This document shows, piece after piece, positions 51,286-64,000 of a stretch of DNA of 64,000 nt; the stretch's first letter is position 1; the number at the start of each line of letters is the position of its first letter. The stretch lies in assembly GCA_013239625.1 (NCBI GenBank), contig MU054187.1:20773280-20837279 (forward strand), in the 5' to 3' direction. This DNA is from Lama guanicoe. Taxonomy: Eukaryota. The translations under genes were made by a program, and so were the position numbers. The notes beneath the pieces are model-generated. The model saw only the letters and a list, made by a program, of their open reading frames with translations. It searched no databases and was not told the origin of the DNA.

Positions 51286-51946
51286 ACCTGAAGATGTGTC
51301 TGAATTGCTGCAGTCTGTGATAAAAGTAACCGATGAAGAGTTACTTTTTATGGATGAGCAAAGAAAGTGGTTTCTTGAGATGGAAACTACTCCTGGTGGA
51401 GACACTGTGAAAATTGTTGAAATAACAACAAAGGATTTAGAACATTATGTAAACTTAGTTGATAAAGCAGCAAAGTTAGAAAGGATTGATTCCAACTTTG
51501 AATGAAGTTCTACCGTGAGTAAAGTGCTATCAAACAGCATTACATGTTACAGATTTGTTCACAAAAAAGTAGTCAGTCGATGCAACAAACTTCATTGATG
51601 TCTTGTTTTAAGAAATTGCCACAGCCACCCCAAAACTTCAGCAACCACCATCCTGATCAGTCAGTGGCCATCAACACTGAAGGAAGACCCACCAGAAGCA
51701 AAAAGATTATGACTTGCTAAGATGATGGTTAGCATATTTTAGCAACAAAATATTTTTTGATTAAGGTATGTACACTGGTTTCTTTAGACATAATGCTACT
51801 GCACACTTAATAGACTACAATACAGGGTAAACATAACATTTATATGCACTGGAAAGCCAAAATATTCCTGTACCTCAATTTATTTCAATATTTGCTTCAC
51901 TGCAGTGGTCTGGAACCAAACCCCAAATGTCTCTGAGGTATGCCTG
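51286..51946 (+). mobile_element. Tigger1 (TcMar-Tigger) 3' portion with transposase remnant and right TIR
   Basis: ORF 'ELLQS...[42 protein letters not shown]...ERIDSNFE' matches the Tigger1 transposase C-terminus. Ends 'ctctgaggtatgcctg' plus TA. Confidence 0.95.
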
Positions 51947-52059
51947 TATTCTTATAACCTACATAAGAGGTTGATGACAATAGAGAATGACTTCTTGTTC
52001 ATATAAAAGGCAGCTTATCTCCGTGTATTAATTCAAGAACCTAGACCATTTTACATTTC

Positions 52060-52330
52060 CATTTTATACATCCGTGAAGGCCCCATTGTCATTTGTATCC
52101 AGAAGACAGAAGAAAGAAAAAGTATGAAGAAGACACACGATTTATCTGAAAATCTCTGGCCTAGAAATGACTCACGTTAGTTTTACTCACATTAGACTAG
52201 AGAGAACTTGGTCCATATCCACTAGAGGCTGGGAAACGGTCTATCCATGTGCCCACTGCTATACTCCACATGGATAAAATGCATAAGATAGAAGAGCAAG
52301 AGGATGGATTTTGGCACAGAGCTAACCATC
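52060..52330 (-). mobile_element. MLT1I/J-like LTR fragment
   Basis: 'ggcctagaaatgactcac...actcacatt...agaacttggtccat...gaggctgggaaa...atgtgccca...ggattttgg'. Confidence 0.6.
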
Positions 52331-52351
52331 ACCAGTATTAATTACAGCCTT

Positions 52352-52445
52352 GGTATATGCATGGCTGGGTCATTGTGCTGTACAGCAGAAACTGACACAT
52401 TGTAACTGACTATACTTCAATTTAAAAAAATAATAAAACATAAAA
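52352..52445 (+). mobile_element. Very short camelid-type L1 3' terminus
   Basis: 'gcatggctgggtcattgtgctgtacagcagaaactgacacattgtaactgactatacttcaatttaaaaaaa'. Confidence 0.85.
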
Positions 52446-55400
52446 GAGGAACTAGAAATCAAATGTCTCAGTTTAGGCTTGAATAACTGTGCTTAGGATA
52501 GGCATAATATAAAATTCTAGATTTATCGAGTAAGTGGACAAATAGCTTAAGTATCAATGAATAAGAAATTATAGGATGGTATATCCCACATTTAGTTATT
52601 TCCACTAGTTAAAGTTTCTAGAAAGAAAATAAGCTAATAAAACATTATTAAAGTATCTCAAACTATCATCTTAAGAATTATGGTAATAATTTGGAAACCA
52701 TAGGAAGAATAAGGACAAAGTCTCAATTTTAGTCATAGATTGACTCAAAAATTAAAATAATTTAAAATATTTGGATATGTGGCTTTTCCTTTTCTGGACT
52801 ACATTAGGGTGTCCCTAATACTGAAAAACATTCTTAGAAAATTGAATGGCTCAAAAAACTCTCCTAAATTATTGATTTTGTCTCATTAATTTTCTAAATG
52901 TGAAAATTTAAGATAGAGAAAAATATCTCCTGTTTAATTTAAATATTTTCCTTATAAGTGATTCAGCTTGAGATATAAATAGAACTCAAGAGGTTTATAT
53001 TATTTTAGCTCTGTATGCAGAGGAAACATTTCTTTGGATTAAAAAGAAGATTAGATGAATGTAATGTATTTTATGCCATTGCTAACCTAAGACTCTAGGT
53101 GAGATTCTCATGTAGAAAGAATCCTCAGCAAAAATGTTTTTATTTTTGAAAAATCAGGCCTTCTAATAGAGGAAATGATGAAGCCATAATCACATCAGTG
53201 AACTCACTTTGTATTGAAGTTTACAGGTTCATCCAAATTCATTAAGTTTTTTCCACCTTATTATTGCTGAAACAGAAAGATGGCAGGTGAATGTAGAAAT
53301 TAATCCATTAGAGTGAACATGTTTCCATCTCAAAGTATGTTAATTTCATTTCTACTTTGTCAACTTTAATTTTTCACTGAACCTAAAATGGGATAATTGT
53401 GCCAGCATTTAAGTTCTCATATGTAGTCAAGGTTTTTCCTAATTTTAAAAAATTACATTTGTATCCGTTGACATTGCTTAATGTATTACAAGGTAACATG
53501 TGTTGAGACTTGGTTCTTAACATGTCAAATTAAATCAAAATATAAATTAATTCAATGACAACTCCATGTTGATATTTGCTCACTATGCTGTAAATAGATT
53601 GTGTGTGGAATCTCCACAATTTAACCTAAAATTATACAAAGTACCTTTATATTAAAACATTATTTGTTTTTAATACATTGGATGTTCACTGTGCCAAATC
53701 ACACATAGAATGATGTTTCATTTATTTATATTTTGGTTGGCAGGGGCGAGCAGCTTTGCAAAAATGGAAAAGTCAAGTCACTTTCTGATAGTCAGAATTT
53801 CTAGGAGTCAATCTTCTGATAATTCACTAGAATAGTCAAAATGGAATTGAAACAGCTTTGAAAATTAGGAGCATAGAAATTTTAATATTCAAAGTATTTA
53901 TTTTTTCTATATCTCCAACTCTTAAGTTATTTGATTAAAAGGCACATTTTTAAATAGGATATATTTTATCAGTTACACCTTAGTGTAAATGAAATCTTAG
54001 TGTAAATGAAAGTATCTCATAGATAAAGGAATTTGTTATGATAACCAGAAAAAAAAGAGGATGAAGAGAGAAGAGTTGTGAAATGAACACATAATTGTTT
54101 TAGAGAAGGACTGAATAAACAATGAGTGAGATAAGGGCATATAAATTTTAACAATTCTGAATCCTACACTAACAATCTTTCCCTCTGATTAAGTCATCTG
54201 CCATATTGAACCCCGTACCTATTATAACTTGGTAATCACTGCCCGTTAAAGGATACTTATCACACTTTCCCTAAAATGCCAAGACACTACAAAATTTAGG
54301 GGAAAAACTCATCTACTTAATAGATAACAAATATAAGTGTCCTAGAAAATATTTTCAAAATATTTTACACTATATAAATATTTTAGGATATTTTGTTTAA
54401 AATAAATTTATAATACAACTATTATATTTATATTCTTGACCTTCTTTCTAAATAACTCATCAAAATAGTACAGACTAATTAGATTTCCATTAATACAGCT
54501 ATTAAAATAAATTAATATATTTTTTCACATTGATGTTACTGCCAAGATAAATCAGAACTGTGTAGAATCTGCGCCCAAAGTGGTGTTAAATCAAAAGACC
54601 AGAAAAGTCATACAAATGCTTTGTGTAAAAATTATTGGTTACTAGGATGAATTTCTTAAGCTCATTTACTTATGAAATAGTTCTTAAAATCGTATATTTT
54701 CATTTAGGGATTTATTTATTTTTCCTGCCAACATCATCTCACCTTCATTCTTGCTGTGTTTGCATTGAATTATATGACTTCAGAAGGAGAATATGGAATT
54801 TATCTTAACCTACTTTTGGTTTCATTTAAATCGGTAAGAAACATCCTGTATTGATATCCTGAAATTTTTTTTACTTTAAATTTCCAGTGACTACTGCACC
54901 AAACAAAAGGGAATTAAACTCAAATCTAAAAGTACTAGTTAGAAAAGTGGGAGTTGGTCAAAGAGCCATATTTGTAACTCAGAAACACTTTCTAAAAATT
55001 TGGCTATTTTTCTAGTCATTGATATACAATCATTTTTTGTTTTGACCATATTAAATTTCAAATATTTTACTTTTTCATTTTCAAAATCTATTTTAATTGT
55101 AAAACAGTACATTGTTGTGGTAAAAAGTTAACTTCTATTTTTATTCTGGTATATTTCTTTATAGTCATAATATAATTTTATGTAACAATTTTAAACATAA
55201 TTAGTATGGCAATATTTATTGCTGTTAAGAGGAAGACAACACCAAATACATAAAGATCAAACAATATAACTTTTATAGAGTCAAAAGAGATGTGGTAATT
55301 TTGATGTGTCATATAGGATCAAGACTAATTCTTCATGAATGCTAAACTATATGTATGTATATTATAAAATATGTATTGATAAATAATCATGGCAAAGTAT

Positions 55401-55889
55401 GTATTAATTGAATAAATGCAATTTAAAGATTTTTATCAGCTGCATAAATTTAATTATAAAAGATGTTTATATTTCTACAAATATATATTTTCATCTTTAC
55501 TGATCCCTCAAAATTCACATTTTTTTTAGTCTTCTTGGGTTATCAAGATATAAAATGATATAATCTGGAATAAAAATTATGTAGCCCTCTTTTCTCTCAA
55601 TCTACAGATCGTTTGCTAAATTTTCAAGGCAATATTAAATACCTTATTGTTTACATTCTAAGATATATTTTTTCATTTTCATACTTCCAAAATGTAGACG
55701 AATCTTGTATTTGTTATATACATGTAATGTAATCATGGTTAAAAAAATAGAACTATTATTAAATTAAAGATATTAATTAAATTTTATATTATCTTGGAAT
55801 GTGAGCAACATGATAATTGCAGTAGTTATAGTAACATTTTTCCTTTACCATTTTAACTTTAATAATTCTAGTTGTTCAACTCTAACTAA

Positions 55890-56140
55890 ATACTAAAGAT
55901 TAGCATTTATCGAGAACTTAGCATGTGTGAAGGAATAATTTAAAAGCATTTATTTTTATTAACTTACATAATCAAAAGACTGTGAGAGGACGTACTAATT
56001 GCATGAATATACTTCTGATGAAGAAACTGCAACACAATAACTTGCTAAGGCTTACGCAGCTGGTATATGACAGAATTTAGGGATGGGGTGATTGACAGTC
56101 TGTCATCAGAGATCAAGCTTAATCTCTAGACTCTCCAATC
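55890..56140 (-). mobile_element. MIR
   Basis: 'tagcatttatcgagaacttagcatgtg...tgatgaagaaactgca...taacttgctaagg.ttacgcagctggta'. Confidence 0.75.
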
Positions 56141-56799
56141 TTACTAGAGCTGTTAGCTGAGAGCTTACTACAAATAATCTTCATGTTAAATTCATAATGC
56201 TTAGTGCTTAGTTCTTTAATGGCTCTTTTTTCATTTTAAAACAGCAATGGGTTTTAAATTCTATTGAATCAGTTTCATGAATTCAATCATTCTATAAATG
56301 GTCTTATTTGTTATACAAATTTTTTTATTGTGTCTCTTTTAGAAACTGGATAAAATATCTATTATAAGACAAAAAACTCACCTTTAGACAAAAACGTAGA
56401 AATATGCTTAATATAGGGCATAAGTTTTACCAGAGTGTTTTATCAATAGTAATAAGTACTTTTATTTTTATTAATATGTATTATAATTTTACCTTCATGA
56501 ATTTTATTCTTACTTTCCATGGGACTAATATTTATTACTTTTCTGTAAATAAATTATTTGTAAATAAATTATTTGGTTGTAGCTATGCTATTCTGTTGGT
56601 ATATTGGCTTTATTGCTATTTCTTGCAAAGGAAGATATATTTGCAATTATTTATTTCAGCATTATCAATATTTACCCCCTGACCAATCAGTCCCAGATAG
56701 GAACAGTGGGAACTGGCATACAAATCCCCCTTTTTTCCTTTACTTTGAAATATATAAAACATGTTTATAAAATATAAAGATCAAATGAGTAAATTCTAC

Positions 56800-58520
56800 T
56801 TTTTAAAGATACTGCACTTCTTTATCCTGGAATATATTTCTGTTCATTCAATAAAGTTTTATTGTTTTATTATCATGAAAGGCTCATTCATTTTCACCTG
56901 GTGATTTATTTTCTAGCTATTTCAAGCTGGTATATAAAATCTATTTTATATCATATGTCTGTATTATTTATTCATCAGTCATTAAATTTTATTTCTGATT
57001 ATAATTAAACCTTTAGATTTTGAGTCGGGGGAGATTTCTGTGTAAGCAATCATGTCTCCTACAAATAATGACAGTTTCTTTCATCTGGTGCAATTCTTAA
57101 AGTCACTATTTCTTTTTATTTGTCTAACTGCAGTGGCTAAAACTTATAGTACAATGTTGAATAATGTGGTGTAAGTAAATGTCATGATCTTCATGATTTA
57201 AAGGAGATACATATCACTGTGAAGGATGCTTTTTGCTTAATGTCTTTCTTTATATTTGGCAAATGATTTTCTCTTCCTAAATGTATTATAAATGGATGCT
57301 ATTTATTTTTATTAATGCGTATATGTTAATGTGTTTGCTTAACTCTAATGCTTTACTCTTTTAACATGTATACTGGATTAAACTATTTTCAAATATTAAA
57401 CAAACCATGTATTTTTGGGATAAGTAAATCTTGGTTATTGTATATTCTGGTTTTGTTCCATTTGCTAACACATTGTTCAGGAATTTTGCAAGTATGTTTA
57501 TCATTGAAATGGATTTGTAATTTCAATTTCTATCCTGAGATCTGATTTTAGTACCTAAAATCTTGTTAAATCCATGTAGAGAGAAGAGTTACCTCCTTTC
57601 TATTCCCTGGAAGAGACTGGAAAAGTAGGAAATATCTGTGATATAATTTTAGAATAGCTCACCTACAAAGCTATCTGAACTTAGTGTTTTTGAAGGAATA
57701 TTTTGAATTTCATATTCAGTTTATTTAATTGCTAGTTAACTTTTCATTATTTCCATTTCTTCTTGAAATGGCTTTTGAAATTTTCCAGAGACGTATCCAT
57801 GACATCTAAAATTTCAAGGTTAGTGGTATAAAATTATTCACACTCATTTATATGCTTTGGTTTCTCCCTTTTATATGTATAGTTATATGTATAGTTTTTC
57901 CCTTTTCACCTCTTATGTAATTTGTGACTTTATTCTCTTGCTCATTATTTTCTTTGATTAATTTGAACTGGCAGTATATCATTCATGAGTTGTTTCAAAG
58001 AACCTACCTTTTGGTTTAATTTATCTATTCTACAGCATGTCTGTTTCCAATCTCATTAATGTTTATGTTTATTATTTCATTCATTTTATTTTCTTTTATT
58101 TTGTCTATTCTTTTTCTTAACCCTTAAAAACTTAGCTCATTAGCTTTCAACTTTATTTTTAATATGAATATTCAATATTATACATTTTCCCTCTAACTAC
58201 CACTTTAGGGGCATCACCCATATTTGATATGTTGTATTTTAACAATTATCTACTTTAACATGTTTAAATATCAGTTATATTTTTAAATCATGAACTATTT
58301 AAAACTGCTCATTTTTGTTATTTCCAAGAATAGAAGCCTTTTTTGTGGTTCATTCATTGCTGATTTCTAAATAAATAATACTTCATGTTCAGGAAATCTG
58401 AAATTTTTTGAGCTAGGTTAATGATTCTGAATGTGGTCAATTTTAATGAAAAGCTCAATGTGTGATTAAAACAAATGAAAGTTCTAAGTTTTGGCTGCAA
58501 TATTCTTTATGTGGCTATTA
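56800..58520 (-). mobile_element. Highly decayed old L1 (L1M5/L1ME) ORF2 region
   Basis: T-rich antisense L1 motifs 'caatcatgtctcctacaaataatgacagttt', 'tagtacaatgttgaata', 'tttcaaagaacc.accttttggttt', 'tggtcaattttaatgaa'. Confidence 0.7.
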
Positions 58521-59884
58521 TAAATAAAGCAAATCTATTCATAAAGACAGTTAAATTAATTTGTTTCTTGTTTAATTATTGAGGTCTTTGTTACTTGCAG
58601 AGAAAACAGTCCTAATAAATGCGATCAGGAAGTGATGATAAAAAAATGTATCTTCCTCTGTGATGCAAGACTTAATAACTCAACAATTTTACATAATACA
58701 TAATCCATAACACGAACCTTTCATGACACATTCTATTCCAATTTCTCTATTGAGTTTCATTCTCTGTATTTTTAATGTTTTTATACTTCTCTTTGGTCCA
58801 AAATAGCAACTCTATGTCAAGGTAAAGGGTTACTGATATCTTTTAGATAAATCAGATGCTTCTCAAAACATGTTACCATTATTAGACAAATATCTTTAGC
58901 TAATATGGGTTACTGTTATATTTTTAGTTATCATAATATTCAGAATGAGTGCCCAAGGCCAAGTCTACCTAGGATTTGTAGAAATCATATCTAATATATT
59001 TTATAAATCCATTTGCCCTCTAAGAGCATTTGTTACCCAAACTAGTTTACACATTTGAAATATATTGTATACTAAGGCCAAATCATGTTAGTTTCACCTG
59101 GAGTAGATACTATTATTAGAGACCAAAGGTGAAACTACAGATAAGATAGCAGGACTGTCACAGACTGATCCTTGCCGTTTTAGTTACTGGTGAATATAGT
59201 AGTTCATTATGATATCTGAACTCTTGGATACTCAATAAATATCAATTAATCTCCCCGTATTGCTTTTCAGATACATTGTTGATTAGTGTGACAGAAAACC
59301 ATGGTCAGAAGAATTCAGAACAATTCTCTTTAACTGCATATGAATTTAACAACTTTTTTAAAAATTCACTTAAAATAGGTCCATTCTACATGGGCCTGTT
59401 CTTGACATGATCACCAACATTAGAAGTGAAATATGCATTAAAAAACCAACTTGGCTTTGCTTGAAGAATAAGGGTAACTCATTTTGACAAGCCATTCTGC
59501 AGTCCTGTCCACTTTATTACATATTATGTATGCAAGTCTCTCAGTAAAGGAAGAAAGGAAATGAGAGATGAATCTGGACTTCAAAAAGCTGATTTTGAAT
59601 TTGATAATATAAAGCAATTATAAATAATGGAGGCATATCATCTTGGGCAAAGATATTATCTTCGTAATCATCATACATATCAAAGAAGCCAGGAAATTCA
59701 CAAAGAATACACTATAGACAATTAGAAATATGTTTTAAAAGTTTCTCCCCACTTAAAGGAAACTAGTCTATATCAAATAGTATACTGAGAAACTGTATTC
59801 TTGCTCTTTCTGCTATCTGTGCCTTTAACACAGACGCATACACACAAATCTCTTGAACCTGTATTAGCCTTAGGCTAATTTAAT

Positions 59885-60830
59885 GTGGTAGATGTATTAC
59901 TTTTCAAAATGTTTTCTACCTATTTCCAAGCTCTAGAAGTCAGTTCTGACTATGTGACTTTCCTTAGGCAATAAAACATGAGTGGTAGTTATGAATGTGT
60001 TCCTAGAAAGAGTTTTAAGAGTCATTGTGGATCCAACTTACTCTTTACTCTTTATCCTTAGAGCTCAACAATGGCCCAGATAGATTGTAATCAACTGCCT
60101 GAATCCCAGAGTGAAAACACATGGAGCTGGCCCACAGCTGGACCTCAGCAGATATGTAACAAACAGGTGCCTGCAAGGCATTGCTCATTCTTCCCTTCTT
60201 AATATGAATATTTATCGCAGTTATCTTCTCCCTTTCCAACATTATAAATTGAGTGTGTATGTGATATGACTTATCATTTTAGTTCAGAAATCTCTAGATC
60301 AGGAGATTTTTACATCCAAAACCAATGTAGAGACTCTGGACTTTAAGCCTGGTGCTACAATGGATGGCACTTTTAAGTTATTTCTCTTGGGAAAGAAATG
60401 AGTGTTTTACAAGCAGAAAGAAAATAAACCTATATATACAATGCCAGGAATAAATTATGGAAGAATATATTATTGTAGAAGAATATATCAAGTCATTTAT
60501 CATCTTTTCCCAGTGGAGAACAGATCATGAATTTTCTTGTCACTGAAATGAGTACAATGTCATTTCTAAATAGAAACTTCAAGATCCATCATTACTACCA
60601 CGCTTTCCTTTCCTTCTGCCGCCATAAAAGCACAACCCACTTAGAGACTGCTCCATCAGCTGAGGACCTAGAATGAAGACACAGGCAGCAACATGACAAA
60701 TAGCATGTAACTGGTATGTAACACAAGTGAAAAATAAATATTTGTTGTTATAAGATATTAACATTCTGAGGTCATTTATTAATTATGGTATATTTTAAAT
60801 GAGGCTGAATTATAAACGCAGGTAGTAATT
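59885..60830 (+). mobile_element. MLT1I/J-like LTR, internal remnant and second LTR
   Basis: LTR1 'tgtggtagatgt...atgtgactttcc..ggcaataaaacatgagtgg...gttttaagag...cctgaatcccagagtgaaaacacatggagc'. Internal 'gactctggactttaagcctg..gctacaatggatg'. LTR2 'gactgctccatcagctgaggacctagaatgaagacac...ttctgaggtcattt'. Confidence 0.65.
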
Positions 60831-61253
60831 CAAAACTCAGTATCCTGGGAGGGAATTATCCCCGCCAGGTGGAAATTGAGGGCTCAGCTTCAGGAATAAC
60901 ACAGATAAGAATATTAAGATGCATATATCACTTGTCTTTCCAGTTTAATCTCTTATCTTTGATGACCAGCTGATCATGGATATACGGACAATCTTGATGT
61001 AAGAAAAATTCAGATGACTATTTCTCTCCATATGTTTTCCTAATCTTTTTCATTATTTCTGCCTCAACTTTTTAAAATCTCATTTGAACTTTACCCACTT
61101 ATTCCCAAGTTAGCATCATTTATACTGAGCAAAATTTGGCTAAATACCTGATCCATGAATCTCATAAGACATAAGCCATTTTCAGTAGAAACTTAGAAAG
61201 CTACATTCTTTAATAATATGTGTTGTTTTGCTAACCTAAAAATATAATCCTTT

Positions 61254-61382
61254 AAATGCGACAATGAATATATTTATGTTCTTGCATAACTGAAAAATTG
61301 TGCTCTACACTGGAATTTGACACAACATTGTAAAATGACTATAACTCAATAAAAAAAAAGTTAAATAAATAAATAAATAAAT
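61254..61382 (+). mobile_element. Short recent L1 3' terminus with (TAAA)n tail
   Basis: 'cataactgaaaaattgtgctctacactggaatttgacacaacattgtaaaatgactataactcaataaaaaaaa'. Perfect 15-bp TSD AAAATATAATCCTTT at 61239-61253 and 61383-61397. Confidence 0.92.
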
Positions 61383-61649
61383 AAAATATAATCCTTTGAC
61401 ACATGATAACAGTCATGATTCTTAAAGGAATATTTTAAGACATCTTAATCAGCCAACACCTATTAAGCTTCTAATAATCAATAATGCATACCTGTTAACA
61501 TTTTTTATTCTAGGATATAATGATAGAATTTGTGATAAAATTTTTTTCTATAAAAAGTTAAGTATTTTACTACAGTTCTCTAAATGTATAATCTGAGAAA
61601 AATTTGAGAAATCTGAAAAAATTGGGGAAAATATATTCTCTATTTTATT

Positions 61650-62800
61650 TTTCTCATCAAAAAATATATACTGTGAGAATCTAATATGTGTAGGACACAC
61701 TGTTAAATGCTGGGAATTTGAAGCAGCATAAGATACATTTTAATCTTGTGCAAATCCTTAGCACCTTGTGGTTAAGACAAATCATTTCCAAGGGAAAAAA
61801 AGTTACAGCCTAACATATAGAATGGATTTAATGGCAAGTGGTTAGTATGAGTAGAAAATTCTATAGGTTTCAAAGGGCTGAGTGAACTCCAAGTATAGGC
61901 AGAGTGAGTGAAGATTTTACGGACAGAGTGAGATCAAGCTCTGTTTGAAGTTTGGGTAGAATCCAATCAAGGGGTGTAAAGAGATCACAGTGTTTTTGAA
62001 AACAAAACTGTGAAGATAAAATGGTCATCACATTTTCAGGAAGACTCAAGACCCCCTTTAGCCAGGACAGATCATTTGTGAGGGGGAAGGATGAAAGATA
62101 AGGAGCCACTGAACGTTTTTATAAAGGGATGGCATCTAAAAATGTATGCAGGTTAGAGTAAAGAGTCAAGGAGACTTATCCTGAAGTTATTACAAAGGAC
62201 GAATCGACACGGTTTGGTCATTAAAAGAATAACCAGTGAACAAAGTACACACAATAATCACCCACAGAGTATTGTTTGTTTTTTTCCTAAATGGGGGTAA
62301 ATAGGTAGATAAGAGGTCTATTTTAGGAGGAACAGTAAGTTGATGGAATGGGACAGGTGAAGGAAGAACTGTTTCGAGTTCATGAGAGTTTGAGTTGAAG
62401 GTGCTAGTGAGTTATTCGAAGACAGGTGTACAGTATGATTATATATATAAAAAAATTGGGTAAGAAGTTGGACTTTAAATACAGATCATGTTTATAGAAA
62501 TGAATACTCAGCAGAGTGCATGAAAAGAGAGAGCTGGAGCTTTACTATAAAGACTTAACAAATTAAAGACACTGAGAAGGTGTAAGAGGAATGAGGAGGA
62601 AATATTGTCAAGAATAGAAAGGAATACACAATTTTCAAGAGGAAGTCATCAACAGTGTCAATACATTCTAACATCTCATAGAAGGCAGGGGTAGAGACAG
62701 AAAAAAAAGGCAGCTGACTTATGATGTGTTTAGAAAATCAGTAACAGCTATAAATATGATGAGGAAGGTGTAGCCAGGATGATGAGAGGATCAAATAAAC
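61650..62800 (-). mobile_element. L2 fragments
   Basis: 'ctaatatgtgtaggacacactgttaaatgctgggaat', 'aggagccactgaacgtttt', 'gagtttgagttgaaggtgctagtgag', 'catcaacagtgtcaa'. Confidence 0.65.
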
Positions 62801-62999
62801 TGAGTATGACGCTCATTAGATTTTAGGGATTGCAAAATGGTTAAGACTGTCAGTTATTCCCTATGGTGGCTGCCAACTGGTTACCATCGGAAAATAATTG
62901 CTGGAGAGTGGAGCGTAGCTACTTTCATAAATTTCATGACTGCAGAGTACACATCGAAATTTGTACTTTTAACTTATATCTATTTATTAAAGTAATATA

Positions 63000-64000
63000 T
63001 GAATTTGATTATGTGAAACCAAACACGTTTGTTTAAAATCAAATCTAACATTGTCTTGCCTTATCCCTCCACACATTCACCTCTTATAACTGTTTCTCCT
63101 GGTGATTACTCCCATATTTTTAAATAACATATTTCTGTTGCTTTTTTTTTTCTTTTCTCAACTTAGTAAATGAGTTTGGCTTCTTTGATTATGCTGAATT
63201 CAACCAAACCCGCTTTATCTTTTACCCCTAGTCTTAATTATATCACCAAACTTATCTAAATATCCCACTATCTAAATAATGTTACATATTATCTTTCTTT
63301 CTCCACAGAATATGAACAGTATTATTGACGCTAAACATTAAAATATCACGATATGGATATCATTAACCTCCCAAATGTCTTTCTTTTTTCTCTTTTTGCT
63401 ATCCAGCTTCGTCATGTGCACTTTTACTTTCTTATTGTCAAGATTAGTCCCATTAAATCAGTTAAACTTGGCTCCATGCTCTTTGACTTTATGTTGATTT
63501 TGAAATGTGAAATGAATACATTTTTATGTTATTGTTAGTATTAGAATATTGACTATTGTAATGTTGAGAATTCTGCTGTAACAATTCCATTACTAGAATG
63601 CTTTATATGTTTTTCTTGCAGTTACTAATTACTTGAAAGAAGAACTTTAATTGCTTTTCTCATGTGCTCTGTATTTTCCGACTCTACCATGACCTAAGCC
63701 TATGGGGATCATCCACCCAGAGCAATTTTTGTTTTTGCCCCAGTCTTGACATGTAAACCTGTCCACCAGTTTCATTCTGGACTTTCCTTGATTGTTTTAC
63801 TGGCTTAAAATTCACTTTTTGATTTTTGTTTATTCCCTCATTTTGCTGAAGTACCTCTTAAAATAACAGGCTAAATAAGATGCACGATAACTAAGCCTTG
63901 TGATTTCTTAAATGTCTAAAAAGATTTTCAGTTGGTCTTCACACTTGATTGATGATTTCCCTAGGCAGCCAAATTGTCGGTAGAAGAGTGAAACACTTGC
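63000..64000 (-). mobile_element. Decayed old L1/HAL1-like sequence
   Basis: T-rich; 'aaatgtctaaaaagatttt...cttcacacttgattgatgattt' resembles antisense L1ME/HAL1. Confidence 0.4.

Noticed and set aside
51296..51505. Domesticated TIGD-like gene
   Set aside because: Only a short C-terminal Tigger1 fragment with a premature stop and the TIR still attached.
1..64000. CRISPR arrays, operons, prokaryotic systems, CpG-island promoter
   Set aside because: The sequence is mammalian repeat-rich DNA, with no regularly spaced repeat-spacer array, long ORFs or CpG island.

Overview
This is AT-rich, CpG-poor mammalian genomic DNA, almost certainly camelid (alpaca/llama/camel), judging by three tRNA-Ala-derived Vic-1-like SINEs and young artiodactyl-type L1 3' ends. 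I can recognise no protein-coding exon, tRNA/rRNA gene or CpG island, so the window looks intronic or intergenic. The ORFs in the track that resemble known proteins are decayed L1 ORF1/ORF2 and Tigger1 transposase; the rest appear to be chance. Much of the window is interspersed repeat: L1, L2, MIR, MLT1, LTR33, a MER41-like solo LTR, MER3/5/58/94 and Tigger1. Repeat families were assigned from memory of consensus sequences, not by a search, so subfamily names and old-element boundaries are approximate. The most notable structures are: (1) an interleaved double inverted repeat, A-B-A'-B', at 47568-47709 whose spacer matches sequence about 1 kb upstream; (2) a TSD-flanked chimeric young/old L1 insertion at 31292-31633; (3) a twin-primed, 5'-inverted L1; (4) a few repeat-free, CpG-retaining islands that may be enhancers or non-coding exons. 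I found no well-supported new biological system.
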